From assembly GCA_964016885.1 (NCBI GenBank), contig OZ024741.1, positions 284,828,001 to 284,892,000 of the forward strand: a stretch of 64,000 nucleotides of DNA, given 5' to 3'. Shown here piece by piece: positions 1 through 15,819 of this stretch. This stretch comes from Eledone cirrhosa. Lineage: Eukaryota. The notes beneath the pieces were generated by a model. The model was not told the DNA's origin, made no database searches, and was given only the letters and a program-made list of their open reading frames with translations. Numbering within the stretch: position 1 is the stretch's first letter; each line of letters starts with the position of its first letter. A program made the position numbers and the translations under genes.

Positions 1-5
1 TATAT

Positions 6-200
6 ATTATAAGAACAGATTAAAGTTTAAGCAAAGAATCGGTGCTTTCACCCTTAACGGGGTCTTCTGAAGATCTCGTTAAGGGTGAAAGTGGCGGTTC
101 TTTGCTTAAACTTTAATCTGTTCTTATAATAAATATTTGCTCTATTATATATATATATAATCCTTCGGATTTTAGTTTTCACATGTATTATTACTATATA
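6..200 (+). mobile_element. Palindromic PLE-terminus mini-element (family A) with hammerhead-like motif
   Basis: Near-perfect inverted repeat 6-130 centred at about 68. Right arm reads CTGAAGA(67-73)-tctcgttaagggt-GAAA(87-90). Tail ends in (TA)n. Related copies at about 30206-30410 and 63125-63300. Confidence 0.7.
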
Positions 201-204
201 TATA

Positions 205-496
205 TTAGGATTAGTGCTCTGAAATAGCGATGTATACATGAATGTATGTATAGTATATTTGGCAATATACCGTATGTTTAATTAAAAACATTTTGAAGTT
301 CATACGCTATCGGCGAAAGAAGGGAGAGAAGCTAACAGTCTGTTTCACGCTGTTGGCGATCATCAGAACCACACACCCCGCTTTCGTCGAAAATTATAGA
401 AGCTGGATTCTTATAGAATTTCAGTAATAATTAGGAGCTGATTATACAGAGCGATTATACATTCATGTATACATCGCTATTTCAGAGCACCAATAT
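205..496 (-). mobile_element. Inverted-repeat mini-element with minus-strand hammerhead motif
   Basis: Arms of about 35 bp (gtgctctgaaatagcgatgtatacatgaatgtat / atacattcatgtatacatcgctatttcagagcac) flank a minus-strand CTGATGA...GAAA motif. Confidence 0.6.
331..370 (-). ncRNA. Minimal type-I hammerhead ribozyme motif
   Basis: Minus strand reads ggtt CTGATGA t cgc-caaca-gcg t GAAA cagactg tt agc. Confidence 0.6.
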
Positions 497-1172
497 TGGT
501 AGAAAGTAAGTGTTTATATATAAACACTTACGTTCTACCAATATATACATTTTTTCTCCCCCATGCTTATCTATTTTTTTCATTTGATTTATACAACCCC
601 CCCTCCCACACACACACTTTTTCTACCATACCTTTAACACATAGACACCCACCACATTGATCCTGTACTCTACCTTTACCCAGATCACTTTTTAACTATA
701 TACCCTTATCCAGATCTCTTCACAAACACTTACCTTCTACCACAATTTATACACCCCTTTTCACCCTCACCTGTTCATCTTAATTCATTATATTATTTGA
801 TTTCAGTTATACTGACCCATGTCCTTACTTACCCACAATGTTGTTGATTGTGCTCACATATGTGGGCGCATTTGCAGTGTATTTATACATATATATACAT
901 GTGTGTGTGTGTGTGTGTATGTGTATATCTTATGTATGTATATTTTGCAAGAGATGTCAACATGAATGGACCTATTATTTTTATCTAAAGACATTTTTTC
1001 CAATTCCTTCCCGCCCGTCCCCTCAATCTACCGCATTTCTGATTCTTTTTTATGATGAAGGACTAGCGTCCGAAACGTTAAGGCCCTCTTCCTGCTATAT
1101 CAAGCGTTAACCTAATATATACCTTCCATATACTGTACCGATTGTGTTGTTATTTCTGTTTACCTTTTACAT
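494..1172 (+). mobile_element. PLE 3' region/pseudo-LTR remnant
   Basis: 50-bp palindrome at 494-544. Degenerate hammerhead at 1052-1080 (ATGATGAaggactagcgtccGAAAcgtta). Segment 960-1170 recurs inverted at 62807-63016. Confidence 0.6.
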
Positions 1173-1225
1173 ACATATATATTTATATATATGTGTATAT
1201 ATATATGTATGTGTGTATATATATA

Positions 1226-1404
1226 GGCAGTATCGGTAGAGAGTCGGACACCATGCTTTGAAGCATAGAGTTACGTCCCTTTATGATCTGAGTTCAAATC
1301 TCGCTTGTTAACTTTGCCTTTCATACTTACGGGGTCGATAAAATAAAGTACCAGTAATGTACTGGGCTATTGCTGGCCTTGTACCATAAATAGAAACAAT
1401 TATT
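1226..1404 (+). mobile_element. tRNA-derived SINE (family S1)
   Basis: A-box-like ggcagtatcggtagag, B-box-like gagttcaaatc, central ttgcctttcat.cttacggggtcgataaaataaagtaccag, tail ggccttgt..aaatagaaacaattatt. More than 20 copies in the window. Confidence 0.85.
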
Positions 1405-1606
1405 TGTTTATCTGTAATTATAATTTTTTGCGCGTGGATCTGTGTATATCTTTTCATTTCTTGGTACCCCCTTTTGTGTATAATTATGCTTACCCTTTAT
1501 ATACACCTACCTGCGATTGTGTGTGTATATATATATAGTTTGTCTGCCTACATATATATACACACACACGCACGTGTATGTATGCATGCAAGTGTTTGCG
1601 TGTGGA

Positions 1607-1739
<133 letters not shown>

Positions 1740-1807
1740 GTACGTGTATGGATTTATATTTATATGTATGCGTATATATGTGGATGTATATATATATATA
1801 ATATATA

Positions 1808-3492
<1,685 letters not shown>

Positions 3493-3512
3493 TATATATA
3501 TATAGAGAGAGA

Positions 3513-3767
3513 AATAGAAGCCAGGACTATCCGTCATCAGTGGTCTACTAGCCATCACAGATATTTCTTCGCATTACAGACAATATACCTCAGGCTAGGG
3601 TGATGCAATAGCTAAAATAAGCTATTGGGATAAAAAGAGTTGGGTGAAGAAACAGAGACAGGTAAACAAACACGAATGGTGAGGCAATGTAAAGAATTTC
3701 GTACGGTGTGGGACGATGGAGGAAGGGAGAGAGTGGGTGAGTGCAACAACACAGCTCGCCATTTTTC

Positions 3768-3772
<5 letters not shown>
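3513..3772 (-). repeat. Internally deleted inverted copy of the 4350-5172 repeat family
   Basis: Reverse complement matches 5030-5170 and 4850-4875. It also shares gcaacaacacagc.cgccatt.ttcatt with 4627-4655. Confidence 0.65.
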
Positions 3773-3865
<93 letters not shown>

Positions 3866-4349
3866 GGAAAAGAATGAAACGAAATTTCATTTCTCACTCT
3901 TAGTACGGCTGATACCTAAATATACGTATGTATACGTACATACATGTATGTGTACAGACGCACAGTAGTATGTATATATATGCATACATGCACATATATA
4001 TATATGTACGTATCGGTTTACTGAACATTTATTATAATGTTCGCCCCCCCCCCCTAACGCCCCTTGCTCCAAAACGCCTCCCTTGAGCTCCGAAACGCCC
4101 CTCGTTGAGAACCTTTGCGCTAGACGACGCAGGCCGTCAGCCTTTCAATATTATTTATCAAACATACTGTATATCTTTAGATATACGAAATTCACATGCA
4201 TGTATGTATACAGATATCCCGAAGCTACATTTTAATATATATGCCTCTGCATGTGTGTGGGTGTGTGGGGGAGCACGTGGTGTGTATGTGTGTGGATGTG
4301 TGGGGGAAACGTGGTGTGAGCGTGGGAGTGTGAGAGGGATTACAGAGAA

Positions 4350-5172
4350 TGTGTTTATTCGAGAGAGAGAATGAGAAACCTAAGGACAGATGTTGTTGGA
4401 AACGTATTTTTCTCATCTTGTTCGTTCTGACGACATGAGCATTAAAACGAAATAATATTCGGAGTGTGCCTTGAGGAGTTTGTTCATTAGCAGAGGGGGA
4501 GAATGAAAGTAAGAGGGAGAAGGAGAGAGAAGGTGGAGAGAGAAAGGGGATAGCAGTAAGGGAAGAGAAAAATACAGATCACAGCGAAGGGGAAAGCATA
4601 TAGGAATGAAAAATGGCGTGACATTCGCAACAACACAGCACGCCATTCTTCATTCCTATATGCTTTCCTCTTCGCTGTGATCTGTCTTTTTCTCTTCCCT
4701 TACTGCTATCCCTTTTCTCTCTCCACCTTCTCTCTCCTTCTCCCTCTTACTTTCATTCTCCCCCTCTGCTAGTCACCTTCTCTCGGCTAGCCTCTTCCTC
4801 ACACTTTCACTCACTCACTCTCTGCTACTCACCCTCTCTCACTTCCTCCAACGTCCGGCACCGTACGAAATTCTTTTCTCGCTCACTTTTCGCAAGGTTC
4901 GGGTGGTCTTTCGTCTTCTCGTCAATGTTCGCGAGTTCTTATGTTCAAATGAATCACTGAGTTGATTTTCTCATTTTTCCTCTCTTTCCGTTGCCTCACC
5001 ATTCTTGTTTGTTCACCTGTCTCTCTTTCTCCACCCAATTCTTTTTATGCCAATAACTTAGTTTAGTTATTGTTCGCGCTAGCCGGAGATATCTGATCTT
5101 TAATGCGAAGAAATACCTATGATGTCTAGTAGATCACTTATGATGGATAGTCCCGGCTTCTCTTTCTAATTT
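4350..5172 (+). mobile_element. Fold-back element with ~133-bp purine/pyrimidine arms, probable PLE terminus
   Basis: Arms 4488-4620 and 4639-4771 are near-perfect complements. Element ends in (TA)n. Second copy at 3513-3772. Confidence 0.55.
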
Positions 5173-5268
5173 TTATATATATATAAATATATATATGTAT
5201 GTATATACACTTACGTACACACACAAATACATGCACATACACACACACACATACACACACGCGCGCGT

Positions 5269-5318
<50 letters not shown>

Positions 5319-5319
5319 G

Positions 5320-5387
<68 letters not shown>

Positions 5388-5388
<1 letters not shown>

Positions 5389-7040
5389 GTATAAATAACA
5401 CGGAGGAATTTACTAGGGAAAAATACGGATTCAAATCCTGCAAAAATACACCGAATAACCCCCAGCTCGATGCCTTCGAACTCGACCTCGTGAACATGAT
5501 AAGTGGAACCAAATAAATAAAAAAAAGGACACATCACAACAATTTGAAAAACGACATCAATGCACTACTAAAAAAACTACGCAACACCAACGGTGTTATA
5601 GTAAAAGCGTACAAAACATCAAACGTATACACCATGAGCCTTAATACATACAATAATTTTATACGCCGTGAACTGCACAAAAAATACAAAGAAAAAAACA
5701 ACAGAATCTGCACTCACTCGCATTAATAAGGAATGACTTAGCATAGTAAAAAAACTGAAAATATCTGATAGAACCGAGCCTCTAACCCCTGTAACCCCAC
5801 ATTTAACCTAAAGGATCACAAAAATAATTTCGAAATAGACCCCGCAATTAGATTAATATGCCCATCGAAGTCGGATATAGGTAGACTTATCAAATATATA
5901 CTAGATAGAGTAATCGCACAAATTAAGGACAAACTAGTAATTAAGCTATGGGGTTACACTAACGAAGTAATAGACTGGTTCAGCAAAATAGACAGTAGAG
6001 AAACATCCAACTTCGTACAGTTCGACATTAATGACTACTACTTATCAATATCCGCAGTCACCCTAGATAAAGCGCTAACATTTGCCCAGAAAAATTCGGA
6101 CCTTACCTCGGACGAAATTAAAATAATACTAGCTGCTAGGAGGACTATCTTTAGATTCGAAAATAGTTACTGGGAACGAAAAAACAGACAGAATAGCTTC
6201 GATATCACAATGGGATCTAACGTCTCAGCGCCGGTAACGGACTTGGTGGGAATATATTTAGCGCACAACTTACATAAGGAATTCAATAACCTCCAGGGAG
6301 GAATTTATAGAAACGACACACTCCTTTTAGCCAAAACCTTAAATAATCAAAACATGGAAAAATTACGAAAAAGCATCAGAGTCTTCTTCAATAAACTAAG
6401 CCTAGGTATCACTTTCGAACTTAATTCTAAAAAAGCAAATGTCTTAGATGTAACATTCAACCTAAACACAGGATTAATAGAGCCCTTCCATAAAAATAAC
6501 GAGAATCTAGCCACCATAGTTATAACTCAAACCACCCCGATCCATAATTAACTCCATAGCACATAGTATATCCCTCAGAATATCCCGCCTATCTTCTAAC
6601 CTAGAGATTTTTAACGAACACGCAAACTATTATAACATAGGTTTACATAAGGCAAGACATAAAGAGGGGCTGGAATACATACCAGATAGAGACAGCAGCA
6701 ACAAACCTAACGACAACTACACTACCAACACCTATAGAAATAACAAGCATATGACTAAGCATAGAATTAGACAACGAGCACCAAAAATAACTGAACCGAA
6801 CACTAATATAGAAGATCCAGAGATAGAAAATAGCTATCATTCAATCCAATATTCAACTCCCCTATAAAAACTAAACTACCTTCTACATTCATTAAGCTAA
6901 TAGACAAGCACTTCCCTAAACTACACAAATACTATAGAATCTTTAATAGAAAAACTATAAAACTTTCTTACTCTACTGCAGCCATCAAAGAATCACACAT
7001 ACGTAAAATCAACCACAAAAATATCTCTAAAGAAAATAAC
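5388..7040 (+). pseudogene. Naiad-like Penelope retrotransposon reverse transcriptase, frameshifted
   Basis: Read across frames: YGFKS..P..LDAFELDL, IVKAYKT (ADKT-like), LKDHKNNF..P..RLICPSKSDIG, FVQFDI, FDITMGS..V.DLVGIYL, GIYRND (GLYRDD-like), LDVTFNL, NSNHP, LIDKHFP..H..IFNRKTIKLSYS. Confidence 0.85.
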
Positions 7041-7043
7041 ATA

Positions 7044-7180
7044 CCCAGCCGTGGAACCTATGTAGTGCCAAGTAGAGTTGTATGAATTTACAGTACACAG
7101 GTACACCAGACTCGAATCCAGGCATCTATTTTGCAGTGGGCACTTATCCGGTAGGTGGCAATTACAGTTGGAGGCTTTTC
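7044..7180 (-). pseudogene. Inverted GIY-YIG endonuclease N-terminal fragment of the Naiad-like PLE
   Basis: CNCHLPDKCPLQNRCLDSSLVYLCTVNSYNSTWHYIGST: Cys-rich linker plus the VY...YIG motif. Confidence 0.8.
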
Positions 7181-7791
7181 TGTGTGCACACACACACAAA
7201 GTAACATTTAACAAACAGGCAGAGAATGGACTGAGAGCTAGCGCCACCCCACTCCCCCATTCGGCCGCTGACCTCTGCCCGACCGACCCCATTTCACGCG
7301 CACGCGCGCTCTGCCGAATACCTCACATATTCAAAACAACAAACAGCGGAGGACGCGTTTCGCACCTGTCCGACAGACAACCTTTACCCCAGAAAAAAAC
7401 CCCCAGTTGATGGATGTGAATCCGAAATATATAGGGTCTATTAAATCTCTCCCAAGGTAACTCTCTCTTGTGTTGTTATTTTATTTTATCCTTTATACTC
7501 TTCCCTTCTTTCTTCTACACATTTACACATCTTTACACACCACGCATCTCAACGTACACCCATTTACATCTCTCTCTCTCCACCACCGGATCTTGTTACC
7601 CGGAGATTTACCCATTTGCATTGTCGAGGCTTCCAAACGACTTAAAGATATTTATGTATATATAAATATGTATGGTCTCCCGTATGTATACCCTTCTGTA
7701 TGACATAGGTTAAACTAAACTATCATAAAAGCATATTAATATGTATAAACTATTATCGATACCGATTATTGCCTGTGAAAAATTGAATATG

Positions 7792-7846
<55 letters not shown>

Positions 7847-8029
7847 ACAAGATGGAGTAACAGATTAAGACCAGAAAGAAGAGAAGGCACGTGTGAGGAA
7901 AATAGATAGTCTTGATGAGGTCAAAGAATGGGTGACAAAAGAATAACTAGTAATAAAAAGGAATTTCTTTTTATTGGCAACACTGCCAAGATGATCATCC
8001 CCAAATATAACAATACACATACACACATA

Positions 8030-8580
<551 letters not shown>

Positions 8581-8592
8581 TATATATATATA

Positions 8593-8714
8593 GTGAAGGC
8601 GTGTGGCTGAGTGGTTAGAGAATTGGATTCGCAATCGTAAGGTTGTGAGTTCGATTCCTGGACCAGGCGATGCGTTATGTCCTTGAGCAAGACACTTTAT
8701 TTCACGTTGCTCCT
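8593..8714 (+). mobile_element. tRNA-headed SINE (family S2, CORE-like body), truncated
   Basis: gtggctgagtggttag (A box), gagttcgattcc (B box), then tgtccttgagcaagacactttatttcacgttgctcc. Second copy at 44587. Confidence 0.8.
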
Positions 8715-8934
8715 TCTACCTGGAGTTGCGACCGATAGATAGTATTAGCAATTGGAAAGACCAACGGAAACATTGTTCCCTCGGTCCGATTTGACGAAAG
8801 TCGATCGTTCCTTCATATATATATATACAAACATAGATACAAACACACACAGAGAAACACACAGAGACACACACAGACACACACACAGAGACACACACAG
8901 ACACGCACACACACGCACACATACACACACACAT

Positions 8935-8973
<39 letters not shown>

Positions 8974-9321
8974 ACAATTTTATCGCTTTACATAGCTGAA
9001 GACAATAAATGTAATCTGAGATTTTCGAATATTAATAATAATATACTATCCGTTTGCAATTATGCAAACAGCCTCTTTAAGTAGATGTCAGTAGATTGAC
9101 CCCGTCATTCTTGCTCCTGTGTTGGCATATAAACAGAACGGCAGACACTAATAATCGAAAGATATGCTGATGAGAATAGGTGCAAATATGCTATAATGAA
9201 TGTGTCTAAAAGCGACCATATGTATGTATATATATGTGAAAATGTATATAAATAAGTAAATATATATATATATGTTTGATGTGTATAGTTGGATGAAAGT
9301 GTATTCATGTATTAAAGTGTT

Positions 9322-9353
<32 letters not shown>

Positions 9354-9639
9354 GACTGGAGTATGTATGTATATATGTGTGTGTCTATACGTGTGTATAT
9401 AAAGATAAGTTGAGTATGAAAATGTATACACATGGATGCGTATGTATGTACATGTATGTATGTGTATATATATGTATATATATATGTATATATATATGTG
9501 TGCATGTGTATATGTATGTAAGTATGAGCATGTAAGTATGTGTATGTGAGTATATGTATTTTGTAGAAGTGTGCATATATGTTTGTGTGTGAATGCGTGG
9601 GCGAAAGGATATCGAAAGAAAAATTTAAGTCTGAATGTT

Positions 9640-10155
9640 AATTAAGTGCAAACACAAAACCATCCATGCATATCTATACTATCTCTAATCCTTCTATAGA
9701 TTTAGAAAAATAACCAATAATATATTCTATAAAAATGTCAAAACAACAGATGGGAATCTAATTACTCACTGCCACCAAAAATTCTCACTGCTATCAAAAA
9801 ACCACTCCCTCAACTATTCTTCTAACAACTTCACCCCTCCCTCCTAATATTCTCTATAAAGACCAAACAGGTCCTCAGTAAAATTATTCTGATGAAATGA
9901 CAGTTGATAATAACATTGAAATATTGAATGTCTGCATAACTAATACTTTGTAGATAGCAGCTGTTTTCAGGTTATGTAACTGTTATTGAAACACGTGTCA
10001 ATAAATTCCTTTTAACTAAACTGTATCCATTTAAATCCTTCTATTTTTCTCCGGATTACTTTTGGAACTACAACTGGAACCACCGAGCAAACTCTACGTG
10101 AGCTGTCCATCTACTGTGTGTAATATTTATATTACAACACTACGGAAAATACTGT
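9640..10155 (+). mobile_element. PLE 3' remnant with two tandem hammerhead-like motifs
   Basis: CTGATGA(9889-9895)aatg..catt GAAA(9918-9921)tat, then a degenerate TTGTAGA tagcag..ctgtta ttGAAA cacgtg TC (9948-9999). Ends in (TA)n. Confidence 0.6.
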
Positions 10156-10496
10156 ATATATATATATATATATATATGTAACTCCTGCTTTTCTATATGA
10201 TGTCATTGACACCGTCAATAGTTATGTATCTATATAAATGTTCTGAAGACTAAGATTTTAATTACCTGTTTAAACATTGTGTATGCTCCGGTGATTCCAG
10301 ACATTCGTCAGCAATTAAATGTATCAAACTAAGATTTGATTGTTTTATATTTTGTATCTCGGCTCTGTAATACATTTGATAATTTACATTGAGCCTTTTC
10401 TATTACCGTCAATTGGCTAGTAATTAGTACTACCCTCCATATTTCTAATTATATATAAACCATATATAAGTATAAATGTTATTATTACTATATTGC

Positions 10497-10673
10497 CGGT
10501 GGATTGGCAGTATCGGTAGAGAGTCGGACGCCATGCTTTGACGCATAGAGTTACGGCCCTTACCATTCTGAGTTCAAACTTTGCCTTTCATCCTTACGGG
10601 GTCGATGAAATAAAGTACCAGTAATGTACTGGGTAATTGCTGGCCTTGTGCCAAAAAGTAGAAACAATTATTA
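10497..10673 (+). mobile_element. tRNA-derived SINE S1
   Basis: High similarity to 1226-1404 and 24678-24858. Confidence 0.85.
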
Positions 10674-10959
10674 CTATATATATATATATATATACATACA
10701 TACATACACACATATATATATATAGTTATGTAATAAACAACATAAGGCAGTTATTCCATTTACCAGTGGTTTCTTAAAAGCAAAAAAATTTGCTTTCAAT
10801 CATCAGAATGAAAAAATCCTGGTCTGTTTATTGAATTTTGATTTTAAAAATAAAAATGCAATCTATATGAAAGTGAGGCTGGAGAAAGAAGAAGGAAAGG
10901 AAAAATAAAATCCTGGTCTGTTTATTGAATTAGTAATTAGTAATTTCCGACGGAATTAC

Positions 10960-11048
<89 letters not shown>

Positions 11049-11050
11049 AG

Positions 11051-12690
<1,640 letters not shown>

Positions 12691-12700
12691 TATATATATA

Positions 12701-12800
12701 AGTAGTTCCACAACAGTCAGTAAACCATTTGCGAGGACAATTTGTTTACTAACTGTTGTGGAGCTACTTCTATCAAAGTAGTCCCATGGACTATGTGTGT
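12701..12800 (+). repeat. Small fold-back related to the 58335-58555 family
   Basis: Arms agttccacaacagtcagtaaac / gtttactaactgttgtggagct. Tail gtcccatggact is shared with about 58495. Confidence 0.5.
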
Positions 12801-12809
12801 ATATTTACG

Positions 12810-12841
<32 letters not shown>

Positions 12842-12891
12842 TACATTTTATGAAACATTTTCAAGCGATTTATTCAACGTTTTATTTTATG

Positions 12892-12925
<34 letters not shown>

Positions 12926-13344
12926 TTACATTTTATGAAAACGTTTTCAAGCGATTTATTCAACATTTTATTTTATGTATATATATATATAAAGAAAAAG
13001 AGATGAAATCGAAAATGCAACTGGAGTCTTATTTTTTAAAAAAATATATATATTTATTTGGTTCCTTTACCGGTTTCGCAGTTCTTCTGCTTTTCAAAAG
13101 GTGAGTTGAGATGGAGGGTCTGTGGTTTTTCTCACATCTGGTTGGTCTCTGAATGTTACTTGTTTTATATGGAAAAAGTGGCTCGAAATGCTAGGTTTTT
13201 CGAGAAGTAATTTGATTTGTTTGTAAATAATTATAATAAATTTCGCGCCAGTTCGCGTTACAATAGTTCTTCAAATAAGAGGGGGGGGGGGTTGTCACAG
13301 ATTGTTTTTTTCATATATGAGTGTTTGAATTTCTTTTTACTTGA

Positions 13345-13993
13345 TGAATTACGGAAACAGAAACAAATTCAAGGTACGTCCAATATTCTATCATATATCT
13401 CAACACACAACCCAAGAAACGCGGAAGCTTACAAGACTATTCACAATAACATCCCACTACTAAAACAAAACCCAAGAATGAAAAAAGCCCTTGAAACACA
13501 CAAAATAATCAAAAGCAAAAGACAACCAAAATCACTGAAAACATTACTCACCAATGCCAAATTACCTACCACAAACCCACAACCAAGTATCAAAAAATGT
13601 GGTCGCTCTAATTGTGGAACCTGCACTCACCTCATTGAAGGCAACACGTATACATTTAAATCAGGACAAAATTTTACTGTAAAAAATCACTTCACTTGCT
13701 CATCAAAAAATCTAATTTATGCCATTAAATGTAAAGGATGCAATGAAGATTATATAGGACACACTAAACTCACACTCAGAAACAGAATGACAGTTCATCG
13801 CCAACAATTACGAGATCCAACCACGAGACAGATACCACTAAGTGCATATCTAGCCATTTGCGCAAGTAATAAGACACCCAAATTCCAAGTCTTCCCATTT
13901 TACCTTTGCGCTAACAATACAACAGAACAAATGCGAATAAATAAGGAAAATATGTTTATTCAAAAATATAGACCAACATTAAATAAGGTTTAA
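13345..13993 (+). CDS. PLE linker plus GIY-YIG endonuclease (C-terminal part of the element ORF; RT missing)
   Basis: CGRSNCGTC, FTCSSKNLIYAIKCKGCNEDYIGHT..LRNRMTVHR, E..FI.KY...LN. The CxxC between IY and YIG is Neptune-like. The first ~43 aa of the ORF-track entry come from the inverted pseudo-LTR. Confidence 0.85.
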
Positions 13994-14159
13994 TATACAT
14001 TATGTCAACACCATAATATGACATACACACACACACATAACACCTTCTACTTTAGAAAATAAAAACCCGAACTAAATAAACCTTAACATACGTTTGCACT
14101 AACAATACAACAGCAAACACGAATAAGGAAAATATGTTCATTCAAAAATATTCCTACTA

Positions 14160-14461
14160 AAGGAATCACTTTCCTACACACACACATACACACACAATAT
14201 ATATATATATATATTCTCTTCATCTTAACATGCTAACCATACTCCCACACACATAACACCCATACACACACATAACAACCCCCACATCTACAACTCCCTC
14301 CCCATTTTTACTAATAGAACCACTTTCCTACACACATAGATATATATACACACACACAAAATATATATTCTCTCCATCTTAACATACTCGCACACACACA
14401 CATAACACCCATATACACACACAACTCCCTCCCCCATCTCTACTAATAGAATCATCTTCCA

Positions 14462-14507
<46 letters not shown>

Positions 14508-14545
14508 ACACACAAGCACACAAATAAACATACATATCTTCACTT
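14160..14545 (+). repeat. Degenerate internal tandem repeats in the PLE 3' UTR
   Basis: Recurring units: actttcctacacacac..atatattctct.catcttaacat, cataacacccc, caactccctcccc.at...tactaatagaa. Confidence 0.6.
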
Positions 14546-15019
14546 CAATAGAAAATCTGAACTCTGACACCCCAGCGAACTAACCATATTCACTGAACCA
14601 GAACAATTCTCCCAATCCCTTTTCTCTTGACCACTAACTTTCCATTGTCATAACATTCACTATAAAGACTACAGAATAGTTTTCCAAATAAGGGCGCAAA
14701 AATGTAATGAAAACTTGTTCACGTGACAGCCAAATTTCATTTATAACCAACCAAAAAAAAAGCCTTCGTGAGCCTCCTTTTTTCAAGTAAAAAGAAATTC
14801 AAACACTCATATATGAAAAAACAACCTGTGACAACCCCCCCTCTTATTTGAAAAACTATTGTAACGCGAACTGGCGCGAAATTTATTATAATTATTGACA
14901 AACCAATCAAATTACTTCTCGAAAAACCTGGCATTTCGAGCCACTTTTTCCATATAAAACAGTAACATTCAGAGACCAACCAGATGTGAGAAAAACCACA
15001 GACCCTCCATCTCAACTCA

Positions 15020-15057
15020 CCTTTTGAAAAGCAGAAGAACTGCGAAACCGGTAAAGG
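15020..15057 (+). ncRNA. Type-I hammerhead ribozyme with U3-A8 variant core
   Basis: cctt TTGAAAA gcag-aagaa-ctgc GAAA ccgg TA aagg. Perfect stems I and II, palindromic stem III ACCGGT. Identical at 15598-15635 (+) and 13064-13101 (-). Confidence 0.75.
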
Positions 15058-15184
15058 AACCCAATAAATATATATTTAAAAAAAAAATAAGACTCCAGTT
15101 GCATTTTCGATTTCATCTCTTTTTCTTTATACTTTCACTCGTGTAGGACACCTCGGTTATTTTTCATTTTGTAAAAAAAACCTC

Positions 15185-15238
<54 letters not shown>

Positions 15239-15765
15239 TATATAAATATATAAATTTCGCGCCAGTTCGCGTTACAATAGTTCTTCAAATAAGAGGGGGG
15301 GGGGGGTTGTCACAGGTTGTTTTTTCATATATGAGCGTTTGAATTTCATCTTACTTGAAAAAAGAAGCTCACGAAGGCTTTCTTTTGGTTGTTTTTTTTC
15401 AAGTAAAAAGAAATTCAAACCATCATATATGAAAAAACAACCTGTGACAACCCCCCCCCCCCCCCCCATCTTATTTGAAGAACTATTGTAACGCGAACTG
15501 GCGCGAAATTTATTAAATTATTTACAAACCAATCAAATTACTTCTCGAAAAACCTGACATTTCGAGCCACTTTTTCCAGACCCTCCATCTCAACTCACCT
15601 TTTGAAAAGCAGAAGAACTGCGAAACCGGTAAAGGAACCAAATAAATATATATATTTAAAAAAAAAATAAGACTCCATTTGCATTTTTGATTTCATCTCT
15701 TTTTCTTTATACTTTCACTCGTGTAGGACACCTCGGTTATTTTTCATTTTGTAAAAAAACCTCAC

Positions 15766-15814
<49 letters not shown>

Positions 15815-15819
<5 letters not shown>

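Larger units (their letters stand above)
12985..15775 (+). mobile_element. 5'-truncated Neptune-like Penelope element: inverted 5' pseudo-LTR, GIY-YIG endonuclease, 3' UTR, pseudo-LTR and a further partial pseudo-LTR
   Basis: 12990-13345 is the reverse complement of about 14780-15130. Contains the GIY-YIG ORF. Termini lie in (TA)n. Confidence 0.85.

Noticed and set aside
4040-4122. gttgagaacc...ctag end resembling a hAT/Charlie MITE terminus
   Set aside because: Only one degenerate end is visible, with no matching TIR or TSD.
4428-4460. CTGACGA...GAAA as a hammerhead
   Set aside because: No credible stem II.
7695-7730. ATGAC...AAA hairpin as a possible SECIS downstream of the Naiad-like element
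   Set aside because: The 3' side pairs Watson-Crick (tcat) and lacks the GA needed for the kink-turn quartet.
7905-7950. TTGATGAggtca..tgacAAAA hammerhead-like motif
   Set aside because: Both core halves are mutated. It is at best a decayed relative of the 28957 motif.
8593-8670. tRNA-like sequence
   Set aside because: Continues into a SINE body, lacks a proper acceptor stem and has a second degenerate copy. It is a SINE head.
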